DNA from: a virus
Length of the DNA: 64,000 nt
IMG/VR virus record: IMGVR_UViG_3300045988_144682
Strand: one strand, 5' to 3'
The translations under genes were made by a program, and so were the position numbers. Below the pieces are notes generated by a model that was not told where the DNA came from, did no database searches, and worked only from the letters and a program-made list of their open reading frames with translations. Shown piece by piece: positions 49,140-58,011 of the stretch (its first letter is position 1; every line of letters starts with the position of its first letter).

Positions 49140-49800
49140 TATTTTGTTTTCAATTTTCGCCACAACATAACGGAGATTCGGTCTTCAGATTGCATTTTTT
49201 TGTAAGTTCGGTAAAGCATCGAGGTCGAAAAGAGCTGGAACGCCGATAAATAGCTTATTTTGGCATAATTTTCTTTCTGGTTGGTTCTTGAATTTATGGG
49301 GCAAAAATGATAGGTAAAAGCCATATTTTTAATTAGTTCGGAAGAAACCTTGATTTATGGGGATTTTAAAGGATTACATCACTATTATAGGTTTAAAATT
49401 GCGTCTTTTTATAATAGTGAAAAAGTCGGGAAATAGCTAAATAGGCTAATTCCATCGAAGTCGGTTACGAGTTCGGAGAGGGTAAAAGAGGGGGTAGACT
49501 GAGATAGACCTCGAAGCGGATTGAAAACGCCGGGAATCGCTGCAAAAATGTAAATATACCCCCCCTGGTACGTTTTAAAATAAAAAAATCGCTTGTAAAC
49601 GGCACTATTAGCGGTTTTCAGTGTACCCCGTTGAATATTACTTTTTGAGGTTAAGTAATATTCAGGCAGATCAGCACACAAAAGCTGGATTTCATCGCCA
49701 GAAATCGCCCCGGAAAATTGCCAGTAAAACCCGGAAAAATCGGAAGCCGGAAGAATTGCGGAGTTCGGAAGCAAAAGAAAAATTTTAGAAAAAGACTTGA
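49140..49800. other. non-coding GC-richer core with iteron-like repeats (candidate replication origin)
   Basis: AGTTCGG(W)A occurs at 49206, 49336, 49471 and 49763. CTTGAWTTTATGGGG occurs at 49287 and 49349. CCGGRAAAWT(T)GC is repeated in 49530-49760. No convincing ORF or RBS. Confidence 0.45.
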
Positions 49801-49974
49801 CTAATAAATTTTATATACTTTCCTGCTCTTTTCTGCTGCTTTTTTTCTTGAATATCACGAAATTACAAATTCAGGTATAAAAATATTATGATCTGTATTT
49901 TGATTGATGGAGTGGGGCGAAACTTAGAATATAAAATACAGAGTTATATATTTATCTTGGATAGATTGAATAAA

Positions 49975-50175
49975 TATTATATACATACACTTTATGATTT
50001 AACTATTTTATATTCTTTATATCTTTAATGTTATAGTTATATTATTATTATATTATATATATTATATATCTATTATCTATATTACTATACTATATATTGT
50101 ATATATATCTATATATCTTGTATACATATACTAGATATAGAATATAGATATAGTGTATATGTATACTGGTATAGT
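49975..50175. repeat. TA-only low-complexity block (right)
   Basis: About 200 bp of TATA / ATAT / TATAGATATAG strings. Confidence 0.8.
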
Positions 50176-50242
50176 GGCGGTAAACTCTACACGCTACAAC
50201 CTCACATGATCCAGACTATACGAAAAAACTTTTAAAAAACAC

Positions 50243-50271
50243 TTGACACATTTATTATTGCGTGATAATAT
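50243..50271 (+). promoter_or_regulatory. early promoter P1 + CA-rich leader
   Basis: TTGACA-17-TAATAT with TGn. About 40 bp nearly identical to P2. Confidence 0.7.
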
Positions 50272-50318
50272 ACAGTCATAACAAACAAACAGACACAACA
50301 AAAACGGAGGAAAACAAA

Positions 50319-50612
50319 ATGAGTATTTTTGAAATTATCGCAGAGGAAACAGTTAAAAGATTTGGTCGTGATGATAAAGCCTATAAGGTATATCAGGATG
50401 GGATTAAACACTATAAAGAAGCTGCAAGTGTGGGTTACAAAGTTTTATGTGAATATTTCAACGGATCAGCAGACCGTACTGGAATAAGTACTGTATCAGA
50501 AGAGAGATGCATTGAGGTTATGGGTTATAATATGATAGAAGGATCACGGGTTCTTGCTATGATGTATGAAATGAATATCACAGAACGTCAAGGTGGTTTA
50601 GTAGTCCTTTAA
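50319..50612 (+). CDS. hypothetical early protein
   Basis: ATG 8 nt after GGAGG. 97 aa. Confidence 0.6.
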   Translation: MSIFEIIAEETVKRFGRDDKAYKVYQDGIKHYKEAASVGYKVLCEYFNGSADRTGISTVSEERCIEVMGYNMIEGSRVLAMMYEMNITERQGGLVVL

Positions 50613-50644
50613 TAAAACGATAATAAACGACAAAATATAAAAGG

Positions 50645-50675
50645 GATTCAGGGCAAAACCTGGATCTTTTTTATT
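50645..50675 (+). terminator. intrinsic terminator
   Basis: GATTCAGG-GCAAAA-CCTGGATC followed by TTTTTTATT. Confidence 0.6.
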
Positions 50676-50722
50676 GTGCAAAAAACATAAACAAACTAAA
50701 ATAAAAATATTTTAAAAATGAC

Positions 50723-50751
50723 TTGACAACTTTATTATTGCGTGATAATAT
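50723..50751 (+). promoter_or_regulatory. early promoter P2 + CA-rich leader
   Basis: TTGACA-17-TAATAT with TGn. Confidence 0.7.
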
Positions 50752-50799
50752 ACAAGTACAAACAAACACAACTTAAAAAAACATATGGAGGTAAATGTT

Positions 50800-51273
50800 A
50801 TGAAGTATTTCAATAATTGTAAAACACTGGAAGAGTTAAGAAAAGAGTATAAAAGATTAGTAAAACAGAATCATCCAGATAACGGTGGTTCTGAGGATGC
50901 TATAAAAGTTATCAATGTAGAATATGAAACAGCATTGAACAACTTAAAAAATGCAGATGAAAATGAAAACGCTTGGAAATATGACAAAGAAAAAGATGAG
51001 CTTTTCCGTAATGCATTAAACAAGATCATCAACTTGGAAGATGTTAAAATTGAAATTATAGGTTGCTGGATCTGGGTTACTGGTAATACATACAATGTAA
51101 AAGAACTTTTAAAGGCTGCCGGTTTCAAATATTGTGGAAAGAAAAAAGCGTGGAGCTGGCACGCTGGCGAAAGATATTATAAAAAATCTAAAAGGGCTTT
51201 AAGCATGGACGAATTGCGCAACCTTTACGGATCAGAAGAAATAGAAAAAGGACATGCTGACAGAATCGCATAG
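50800..51273 (+). CDS. J-domain (DnaJ-like) protein
   Basis: LEELRKEYKRLVKQNHPDNGGSEDAIKVINVEYE contains the HPD motif. GGAGG RBS. Confidence 0.8.
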   Translation: MKYFNNCKTLEELRKEYKRLVKQNHPDNGGSEDAIKVINVEYETALNNLKNADENENAWKYDKEKDELFRNALNKIINLEDVKIEIIGCWIWVTGNTYNVKELLKAAGFKYCGKKKAWSWHAGERYYKKSKRALSMDELRNLYGSEEIEKGHADRIA

Positions 51274-51280
51274 CAGCAAA

Positions 51281-51312
51281 AGAGGGATCAAAAAAGATCC
51301 CTTTTTTATTTT
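51281..51312 (+). terminator. intrinsic terminator
   Basis: AGGGATC-AAAAAA-GATCCCT followed by TTTTTATTTTT. Confidence 0.65.
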
Positions 51313-51345
51313 TACAAACAAATGAAAATAAATTTAAAAAAGTGC

Positions 51346-51374
51346 TTGACAAACAATCAATAATAATGTAATAT
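51346..51374 (+). promoter_or_regulatory. early promoter P3 + CA-rich leader
   Basis: TTGACA-17-TAATAT preceded by TG. Leader AAACAAACACAACTTTAAA. Confidence 0.7.
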
Positions 51375-51421
51375 ATAATTAAACAAAACAAACACAACTT
51401 TAAATTACGGAGGAAAAGATA

Positions 51422-51625
51422 ATGGAAGATATTATTAAAGATATGATTACATATGCAAATGATCATCATGATTATGAAATGGCAGATTTTGCTTATAGGA
51501 TAATGGACGAAATGCAAAGAACTTTTAATTGCCCTTCAAATTGGCGTGATATTGGCGAAAACATGAAAAATGATTTTGCTGGGAATGATTGGATAGAGGA
51601 AAATTGTAAGATGTGGGATTTTTAA
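51422..51625 (+). CDS. hypothetical early protein
   Basis: 67 aa with GGAGG RBS. Confidence 0.6.
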   Translation: MEDIIKDMITYANDHHDYEMADFAYRIMDEMQRTFNCPSNWRDIGENMKNDFAGNDWIEENCKMWDF

Positions 51626-51661
51626 TGAGGTAAAAAATTTAAAAGAAATTATAAAAATCTA

Positions 51662-51690
51662 TTGACAACAAGCAATAATAAATGTATAAT
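51662..51690 (+). promoter_or_regulatory. early promoter P4 + CA-rich leader
   Basis: TTGACA-17-TATAAT with TG. Confidence 0.75.
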
Positions 51691-51740
51691 ACAAACATAA
51701 ACAAACAACACACAACTTTAAATTATCGGAGGTAAAAATC

Positions 51741-52094
51741 ATGATGAACGCAAGATTAAAAAATGTATTTTCTTTGAGTAGCAAGGTAACAGTTTATGTA
51801 CCAGCAACAATTGACATTGACAAGGAAATTGACAATAAGGAATTTGTTGATAGAGCTGCAACACTTCTTTCTGATTGTTTCGGAGGCGCAACAAGTACAG
51901 ATGCCCTGGGTTACTGGACAAGTCCAACAGCTGGACTTGTAAAAGAGAAAACAACAATGGTTTTCGCTTATGCAAGTGAAAAAGATTTAAGAAACAAGCT
52001 GGATCAAGTAATTGATTTATGTGAGGATCTTAAAAAAGAAATGACTCAGGACGCTATAGCGTTAGAGGTCAACGGCGAAATGTTTTTCATTTAG
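51741..52094 (+). CDS. hypothetical early protein
   Basis: 117 aa with GGAGG RBS. Confidence 0.6.
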   Translation: MMNARLKNVFSLSSKVTVYVPATIDIDKEIDNKEFVDRAATLLSDCFGGATSTDALGYWTSPTAGLVKEKTTMVFAYASEKDLRNKLDQVIDLCEDLKKEMTQDAIALEVNGEMFFI

Positions 52095-52160
52095 TAAAAC
52101 AAACTATAATAAATGGGGCGAGCCGTAAACGGCAAGTCCCTATAAATTGGAGGGCGTGCA

Positions 52161-52274
52161 ATGTATCAAGAATTTAATGAAATCTATTTGAAATATAAAA
52201 AGTTTTTACCTCAGAAATTAGCTTTTAAAATGGCATATAAAGCCGTTCAAGGGAGAAAATGCAATGAATAAAAT
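52161..52274 (+). CDS. possible 37-aa ORF
   Basis: ATG 6 nt after GGAGGG. Overlaps the next start. Confidence 0.3.
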
Positions 52275-52563
52275 TATGGGATATAATACGGGAATCGTTG
52301 ACGAATGGGAAAACGTTTTTGAATTGGCTATGATCGTGCCCGGTTTCGCATATTATGCAAATTATGAAGAATCAGACGAAAACGGTAATACAATAGTTGT
52401 AAATGATAAAAACGAAATTTTATCGAATAACATTTTTGCAAATAATGATTTTATGCAAGCATTGGAGCAAGTGAACGCCAGAAAGCTACAAGCGTTATAT
52501 ATTAGCGATAAAATGAAAGAAAATATTGATTTATTGCGTGAGTCTGGTTATTTTGATTCATAA
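52264..52563 (+). CDS. hypothetical early protein
   Basis: 99-aa ORF with a GGGAGA RBS. Confidence 0.55.
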   Translation: MNKIMGYNTGIVDEWENVFELAMIVPGFAYYANYEESDENGNTIVVNDKNEILSNNIFANNDFMQALEQVNARKLQALYISDKMKENIDLLRESGYFDS

Positions 52564-52589
52564 TCAAACAAAAATAAATGAAAACACTA

Positions 52590-52618
52590 TTGACAAACAA
52601 TCAAAAATAATGTATTGT
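52590..52618 (+). promoter_or_regulatory. early promoter P5 + CA-rich leader
   Basis: TTGACA-17-TATTGT with TG. Confidence 0.6.
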
Positions 52619-52662
52619 ATTTATAACAACAAACACAACTTTAAATCATGGAGGTTTTAGAA

Positions 52663-53049
52663 ATGGCAAAATTAACAAGAGATCAGTTAGAAAAATTCAA
52701 CGGGAAATGCAAAAACGGTTTTTCTTTAGATTTGTTTTTCTTTTGCACCTGGGGCGAAAAGAGATGTAAGAAAATCGTGAAAATTGGCGATGATTCAATT
52801 ATTTATGAGGTAATCGTTGAATTTTACGATAAATATGAAAGTTTCAAGAAAGCTGGAAGCGTGCCGACACTTATTATTAACAAGTGTGTACCGACTGGTA
52901 CAGAGGGCGTTTATAGTGTGCATGAGATCCACCGGGAGGAAGTCGGGGAAATGGTAACAAGAAAGACCGTTAAAATCCTTCAGGAGCTTACAGAAGGATA
53001 TACAGACGAAAAACTTGTTGATATGATTAAAATGCTGATTGCAGCATAA
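52663..53049 (+). CDS. hypothetical early protein
   Basis: ATG 8 nt after GGAGG. 128 aa. Confidence 0.6.
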   Translation: MAKLTRDQLEKFNGKCKNGFSLDLFFFCTWGEKRCKKIVKIGDDSIIYEVIVEFYDKYESFKKAGSVPTLIINKCVPTGTEGVYSVHEIHREEVGEMVTRKTVKILQELTEGYTDEKLVDMIKMLIAA

Positions 53050-53066
53050 AAATGGAGGTTTTGACC

Positions 53067-53483
53067 ATGAAAAAGAAGATTTTGACAATATTATCAGTAT
53101 TTAGCATTGTTGCAAGTTTAACCGCTTGCAATAGTGCAACAGAAGCCGTAAAAGAGCCGGAAACAGCGAAAAACTGGGAAGTTAGCACATATTATATGAA
53201 CGGGTATTATAATCCAGAAACAAAAGAACTAGCAACCGTAGATGCTGCCGGAAATTGTGATATTTGGGACAATATCGAAATTTTGGATTTATACAAGGAT
53301 GCAGACTATTGGAAGGATATAGACGAAAACAACGAGGTTTTTGTGTGGGCAAAAATCAGCACAAACGGCACAAAGTCAATAAATGACGATGAAGCGGTCG
53401 TTTTTCCTGGAAATTACAGTGTTTTCAAGGATCACGCAAAAATATTTATATTAGATGGCGAAATCATTGTGAAGGAGAAATAA
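53067..53483 (+). CDS. lipoprotein
   Basis: MKKKILTILSVFSIVASLTAC: signal peptide plus LTAC lipobox. Confidence 0.7.
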   Translation: MKKKILTILSVFSIVASLTACNSATEAVKEPETAKNWEVSTYYMNGYYNPETKELATVDAAGNCDIWDNIEILDLYKDADYWKDIDENNEVFVWAKISTNGTKSINDDEAVVFPGNYSVFKDHAKIFILDGEIIVKEK

Positions 53484-53485
53484 AA

Positions 53486-53647
53486 ATGTTTGGTTTACTG
53501 TTTACTTTAATTTTCGGGATCAGTGATGAAATCAAAATCAGAAAGGATATAAAAAATGAGCGTATAGAGTCAGCAAAACGATGTGCCGACTTTAAACGCC
53601 GGATGAATCAGTGGGAAGAACTAAAAAAGAGAGATTATAGAAGATAG
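53486..53647 (+). CDS. small membrane protein (53 aa)
   Basis: GAAGGAG RBS. Hydrophobic N-terminus MFGLLFTLIFGI. Confidence 0.45.
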   Translation: MFGLLFTLIFGISDEIKIRKDIKNERIESAKRCADFKRRMNQWEELKKRDYRR

Positions 53648-53660
53648 GGAGGATCATATC

Positions 53661-54158
53661 ATGAAGAAAATGAATAATATTGTTATTGTGGCGTTGTGTG
53701 TGGCTATTTTAGGCGTTTTATTGATGGGATGCGGTAAAATATCAAGCAATAATAATAAAGCCGTTAAAAATGAAAATACGGCGTTTTCTGAGGTATTAGA
53801 AGCGGAAGAACTGGAAGCAGAGCAGCCGGAAGCCGTAAAAGACGAAACAGTATTAAAATGCGAAGAAATAGAGAAAGAAATCATTGAAGAATACGGAGAT
53901 TTTGAAATATTTTCAACTTCTGAGTTGACCGGCGAAATGTTAGAAAATCGTATGAACGGCGATAAAGTTATCGTTGAGCGTACAAAAGGAATTGTATTAG
54001 ATGACGAATTAAACGGATCAGCGGAAGATCATTATATCAGTTATAGAAGCGTAGAAGGGGCGCAGCCTGGGGACGAAATTATAACATATTTAGTATATAA
54101 TCCGGCAACAAGCTATATAGATGATATCATTGAACGTTATGACGTTATTGTTAAGTAA
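53661..54158 (+). CDS. lipoprotein
   Basis: MKKMNNIVIVALCVAILGVLLMGC: signal peptide plus LMGC lipobox. GGAGG RBS. Confidence 0.7.
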   Translation: MKKMNNIVIVALCVAILGVLLMGCGKISSNNNKAVKNENTAFSEVLEAEELEAEQPEAVKDETVLKCEEIEKEIIEEYGDFEIFSTSELTGEMLENRMNGDKVIVERTKGIVLDDELNGSAEDHYISYRSVEGAQPGDEIITYLVYNPATSYIDDIIERYDVIVK

Positions 54159-54171
54159 ATACAGAAAAAGG

Positions 54172-54205
54172 GAGATCCGGCGTAAAAGTCGGATTTTCTT
54201 TCTTA
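54172..54205 (+). terminator. probable intrinsic terminator
   Basis: GAGATCCG-GCGTAAAAGT-CGGATTTT followed by a T-rich tail. Confidence 0.45.
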
Positions 54206-54235
54206 TAAACAAACAAAAATAAATGTAAAATGCTA

Positions 54236-54264
54236 TTGACAAACAGGCTAAAATAATGTATTAT
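54236..54264 (+). promoter_or_regulatory. early promoter P6 + CA-rich leader
   Basis: TTGACA-17-TATTAT with TG (or TATAAT with a 20-nt spacer). Confidence 0.65.
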
Positions 54265-54308
54265 AATATTAACAACAAACAACACAACTTTAAACGGAGG
54301 TTTTTGAT

Positions 54309-54845
54309 ATGGTTAATTGGTTAGAGCTTATCGAGGAAAAAGAAGATCAGATTTTAGCAGAGGGCGAAAAAGCATATAAAGAAGCAATAAATAACCCTCA
54401 TTTGCGTTATATCGTTGAAATTGATGAGGACGGCGATGTTTATTCATGGTACGATGTAGCTGGTGGAAATTCTTTTCATGTTTCAACATTTGAGGGAAAA
54501 TCAAAAGAATTATTTGAGCTTTGTTTTCAGTTTTTAGATATTGAAATTTCAAGTGATGCACTGGAAAGTAAATTGATTGAAAAAGGATATAAAAAAGAAC
54601 TTGAAGAACTGGCACAACTGGCAAGTGAAAATCAAACCAGTATTGAAGTTGAAATAATCAACGGTGATAACGATATATTAAAAGAATTTGTTGAAGAGTG
54701 CCGAAAAGAAGAAATTGATTTTATGGTTTCTGAGTATGCAAGATCTGAGTCAGAAAATAAACTTGATTATTTTAAAGAAATATTAAAAAGTTTACAACAA
54801 ACAGACTATAATAATGTAAATTATGAAAATATCGGAGGCATATAA
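54309..54845 (+). CDS. hypothetical acidic early protein
   Basis: 178 aa with GGAGG RBS. Confidence 0.6.
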   Translation: MVNWLELIEEKEDQILAEGEKAYKEAINNPHLRYIVEIDEDGDVYSWYDVAGGNSFHVSTFEGKSKELFELCFQFLDIEISSDALESKLIEKGYKKELEELAQLASENQTSIEVEIINGDNDILKEFVEECRKEEIDFMVSEYARSESENKLDYFKEILKSLQQTDYNNVNYENIGGI

Positions 54846-54847
54846 AA

Positions 54848-55285
54848 ATGAAAGTTAAATATATTGGTTTCGGTGGCTATATGGAAGTTCCTTGTTATCA
54901 GGACGAAAACGGTAAAATCTATTTTGATGAAAATAACGGGCGTAACGGTTTAGACCTTTATACTGGTGCTTATATGGATTGTGGCGAAATTTGCGGAGAA
55001 CCTTGTAGCAGAGTAACAGAGCCGGTAGAGTGCGAAAATCCTTTTGTGAGAAGTCCAAAAGAAAGAGAATACATGCTATTAAACAGATTGCAGCTTGATT
55101 GCAAGTATTATATCAATTGTGCTGGAAAATGCAGATCATCAAGTCTCTGGGCTGATATTGATACCATTATAAAAGAAATGGAAAATATCATGGATTCATT
55201 TACAGAAGAAGAGAAGCCGGAATGGTTGACAGATGTGGATTTTGAAGCACTTAAAAACGAGATAAAGGGGGATTCGATAAAATGA
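54848..55285 (+). CDS. hypothetical protein (resembles LPD-type polyvalent-protein domains of mobile elements)
   Basis: 145 aa. REYMLLNRLQLDCKYYI...SSSLWA...KPEWLT pattern. Assignment is from memory only. Confidence 0.5.
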   Translation: MKVKYIGFGGYMEVPCYQDENGKIYFDENNGRNGLDLYTGAYMDCGEICGEPCSRVTEPVECENPFVRSPKEREYMLLNRLQLDCKYYINCAGKCRSSSLWADIDTIIKEMENIMDSFTEEEKPEWLTDVDFEALKNEIKGDSIK

Positions 55286-55497
55286 AAGGATATACAGTTT
55301 CAAAAGATTCTAAAACAGGTTTATGGTATGCACATATGGAAGGATTTGCATATATACCAGTTTCAGGTAGTTTTTGCGAAAAGAAATCGGAAGCAAGAGA
55401 ATATGCAAAAATGTATATGGGATTGCAGCATAAAGTTGAAGAAATAGAAAAGAAAAAACATGAAAAATTCATAAAAGAGATGGAGTTGATCCGATGA
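55282..55497 (+). CDS. hypothetical early protein
   Basis: 71 aa. ATGA overlap with the upstream gene. Confidence 0.55.
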   Translation: MKGYTVSKDSKTGLWYAHMEGFAYIPVSGSFCEKKSEAREYAKMYMGLQHKVEEIEKKKHEKFIKEMELIR

Positions 55498-55946
55498 AAC
55501 GAAAAACATATAACAATGTATTGAAAGCCGGTAAATTGATCCAAGCAAAAGGATATAGTGAAAAAGAATCATTAGAAATCGCAGTACAGAAGTTTGACGA
55601 ATTGGCAAGTCTTAAAAATGGTATGTCAGTAGAATGGTTGATTGACAGAATGGCAACCAAAACAGAAAGAGAGGGCGAAAGCATGAAGTTATCAGAATCA
55701 GACAAGAACTATTTCAAAAAGTGCGGATATCTTGACCAGGATATCCCACAAATTGAAAAAGCTATTGAAGTGATGCAGTATGAAGACGAAAACGACAAGA
55801 AAGTATCAAGAAAATACGTTCTTGATAATATGGATCGTGAAACCTGGTTATCTGGTATCGGGCGTGCAGCTTTTCATTGGAGTGCAGCAAGAGAGACAAA
55901 AGACGGTAAAACAATCTTTTTTGATGCAAGAAAACTGTTTAAATAG
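55494..55946 (+). CDS. hypothetical early protein
   Basis: 150 aa. ATGA overlap. Confidence 0.55.
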   Translation: MKRKTYNNVLKAGKLIQAKGYSEKESLEIAVQKFDELASLKNGMSVEWLIDRMATKTEREGESMKLSESDKNYFKKCGYLDQDIPQIEKAIEVMQYEDENDKKVSRKYVLDNMDRETWLSGIGRAAFHWSAARETKDGKTIFFDARKLFK

Positions 55947-55958
55947 GGGGCGAAAATC

Positions 55959-56303
55959 ATGTTGAAGTTTGAAAATACAACCACAAAAGAGAGTTTTGAA
56001 AAATCCGTTAAATGGAGCAAAAACAAAATTGAAGAGATGGAGAAACCGCACGAAAATCAAAGATTGTGGAGAATTTCAGATTGTTTCGGGAACGTTTGGA
56101 ATATGTTATTTACTGGTAATATTGACGAGTACCGCATTTCATATAGCGATGAATTTTCAGTTGATATTCTGATGTCTGGTAATATGGTAGAAATTCATAG
56201 AGCTATTAAAGACGGGCGAAATCTTAAAGCAGACAGAAATTTAAAACAGTTCATGCAGTTGGCTCTATTGATGAGCTGTTATAAAAAATTTGGATATTTG
56301 TAG
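55959..56303 (+). CDS. hypothetical early protein
   Basis: 114 aa with an AGGGGG RBS. Confidence 0.55.
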   Translation: MLKFENTTTKESFEKSVKWSKNKIEEMEKPHENQRLWRISDCFGNVWNMLFTGNIDEYRISYSDEFSVDILMSGNMVEIHRAIKDGRNLKADRNLKQFMQLALLMSCYKKFGYL

Positions 56304-56337
56304 TATTCAAGAGAGTTTTAATCGGAGGTAAATAATA

Positions 56338-56580
56338 ATGGATGTAAGCTGTAAAAGTCTTTATAATGCAATAACAGATTTTTCAAATAAATATGGTTGT
56401 CATAGATTTAATGATGAAGAAAATCATAGAGAGTATATGCAACTTGTAGATATGTGCATAGATGCCGGATTGATTCCGAAAGTAAATAGAAATGAGTTTT
56501 CTACACATGGAAGACTAAAAGCAGCAATTATATATACAGATAATAGAATCAGATTTTGCATGGATATGGGAGGTAAATAA
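56338..56580 (+). CDS. hypothetical early protein
   Basis: 80 aa with GGAGG RBS. Confidence 0.55.
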   Translation: MDVSCKSLYNAITDFSNKYGCHRFNDEENHREYMQLVDMCIDAGLIPKVNRNEFSTHGRLKAAIIYTDNRIRFCMDMGGK

Positions 56581-56581
56581 A

Positions 56582-57010
56582 ATGTTAGTTTCATCAAAGA
56601 AAATCGAGAAAATGTTGCGTGATCGTGATAGACTTGAAAGAATGGCAAAAATTGAATACCAGGAAGCAAAGGATCTTTTTAGCGTTGGAAATATGGAATT
56701 CGCTATTGAATTGCAGCTTGCTAATCAGCATTTAGGAGCGTCAAGAGAAATTACAAGAACATTGAAAAATATTGGATATGAAGAATGTAAACGAATGTCA
56801 GAAAAAGAGAAACAGTTGCTTATTGCTGGCATTAAACAAAAATTGTGTGGTATTGGTGTTATTGGTGTAGGTGTAATTTTTATATCTTCTGGGATGCCGG
56901 TTGTATTTATTGCATTGTCAGCAATTGGAAGCACTTTATGCGTTTCAAAAGAAAATGTTGTAACTGTATGTAAAAATAGGCTTGCGTTATTAACAAACGC
57001 AAATAAATGA
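56582..57010 (+). CDS. membrane protein (two C-terminal TM helices)
   Basis: 142 aa with LCGIGVIGVGVIFISSGMPVVFIALSAIGSTLCV. Confidence 0.55.
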   Translation: MLVSSKKIEKMLRDRDRLERMAKIEYQEAKDLFSVGNMEFAIELQLANQHLGASREITRTLKNIGYEECKRMSEKEKQLLIAGIKQKLCGIGVIGVGVIFISSGMPVVFIALSAIGSTLCVSKENVVTVCKNRLALLTNANK

Positions 57011-57012
57011 TA

Positions 57013-57040
57013 TTGACAATAATAGAAATAGTGGTATAAT
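57013..57040 (+). promoter_or_regulatory. early promoter P9 (different leader)
   Basis: TTGACA-16-TATAAT with TGG. Confidence 0.7.
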
Positions 57041-57091
57041 CGTTTTAAGGATGGATATACCACTTATTCTATATTCAGGAGGTAAAAAATT

Positions 57092-57319
57092 ATGAAATTA
57101 TTAAATAGTAAAGTTATGTCATTTGAGGAAGATTGTGTTGAGTACGAAAACGAGCAGGAATATTTAGAAGATCTTGACAGACGAAGAAAAGATGGCTGGA
57201 CACAAGTGAAAACACCAGATTTTGAAAATGGAGTCATGAAACGTGTAAGTAAACAATTACCAAACGGTCATTTTACACAACGTTATAAGCGGTACAATGG
57301 TATTAAATTAAATGTTTAG
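57092..57319 (+). CDS. hypothetical early protein
   Basis: 75 aa with an AGGAGG RBS. Confidence 0.55.
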   Translation: MKLLNSKVMSFEEDCVEYENEQEYLEDLDRRRKDGWTQVKTPDFENGVMKRVSKQLPNGHFTQRYKRYNGIKLNV

Positions 57320-57328
57320 GAGAGAGAT

Positions 57329-57631
57329 ATGGGATCTATATTTTCGTATACTGGAGAAGCAGCCAAAACAAAAGAAATGATTGAAGAGGGGCGAAAAGAT
57401 ATTACTTTAAATACTCTCTACAAGCATTCCAGAGGCTTTTATTGGAAAGTAAATAGCCGTGGTTATATTCATGTTGTATTGCCTGGTAAAGTGACTTTAA
57501 ACGGCGAATTTAGCCATTATGAGGTGCAGGATCATTTACTGACTGGATATAATACATTAAGAGTAAAGAGTGCATACGGCAATTACAACACAAGAAAAGA
57601 ATGTATAGAAGAGATTGAAAAAGAATTATAA
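57329..57631 (+). CDS. hypothetical early protein
   Basis: 100 aa with an AGGAG RBS. Confidence 0.55.
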   Translation: MGSIFSYTGEAAKTKEMIEEGRKDITLNTLYKHSRGFYWKVNSRGYIHVVLPGKVTLNGEFSHYEVQDHLLTGYNTLRVKSAYGNYNTRKECIEEIEKEL

Positions 57632-57641
57632 GGAAGGAAAA

Positions 57642-57923
57642 ATGGACGTAGTAGCATTAAAAGATGGAAGTATTGAAATAATTGGAAATCATAGAGATTT
57701 AGTTGATATTGTCCGGGATAAATGCGGAGATGATATTGCTAAAAGGGTGGAAGAGCTTGATCCAGTATGTTATGACGAATTATATACAGCAAATTCTACA
57801 ATCTGGGAAATAGCTGATATTTTAGAGAATAAGGACGAAGACGGAACATTAACAGCGGATCAAGTTGATAGCATAGAAAACAAGTTTGAAGAATTACAAC
57901 ATTGTATTTCTTCATGTATTTAA
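57642..57923 (+). CDS. hypothetical acidic early protein
   Basis: ATG after AAGGAAGGA. 93 aa. Confidence 0.55.
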   Translation: MDVVALKDGSIEIIGNHRDLVDIVRDKCGDDIAKRVEELDPVCYDELYTANSTIWEIADILENKDEDGTLTADQVDSIENKFEELQHCISSCI

Positions 57924-57932
57924 TAAAAATAC

Positions 57933-57961
57933 TTGACAATCAAACAATAATAATGTATAGT
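57933..57961 (+). promoter_or_regulatory. early promoter P7 + CA-rich leader
   Basis: TTGACA-17-TATAGT with TG. Confidence 0.65.
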
Positions 57962-58011
57962 ATAAATATAAACAAACACAACTTATAAAGTACATTACGG
58001 AGGTATTGATT

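Noticed and set aside
49409-49774. 121-aa minus-strand ORF in the intergenic core
   Set aside because: It has no RBS and odd composition, and it lies across the iteron-like repeats. Most likely non-coding.
49796-49819. TTGACT followed by TATACT as a further promoter
   Set aside because: The spacer is only 12 nt, incompatible with sigma-A spacing.
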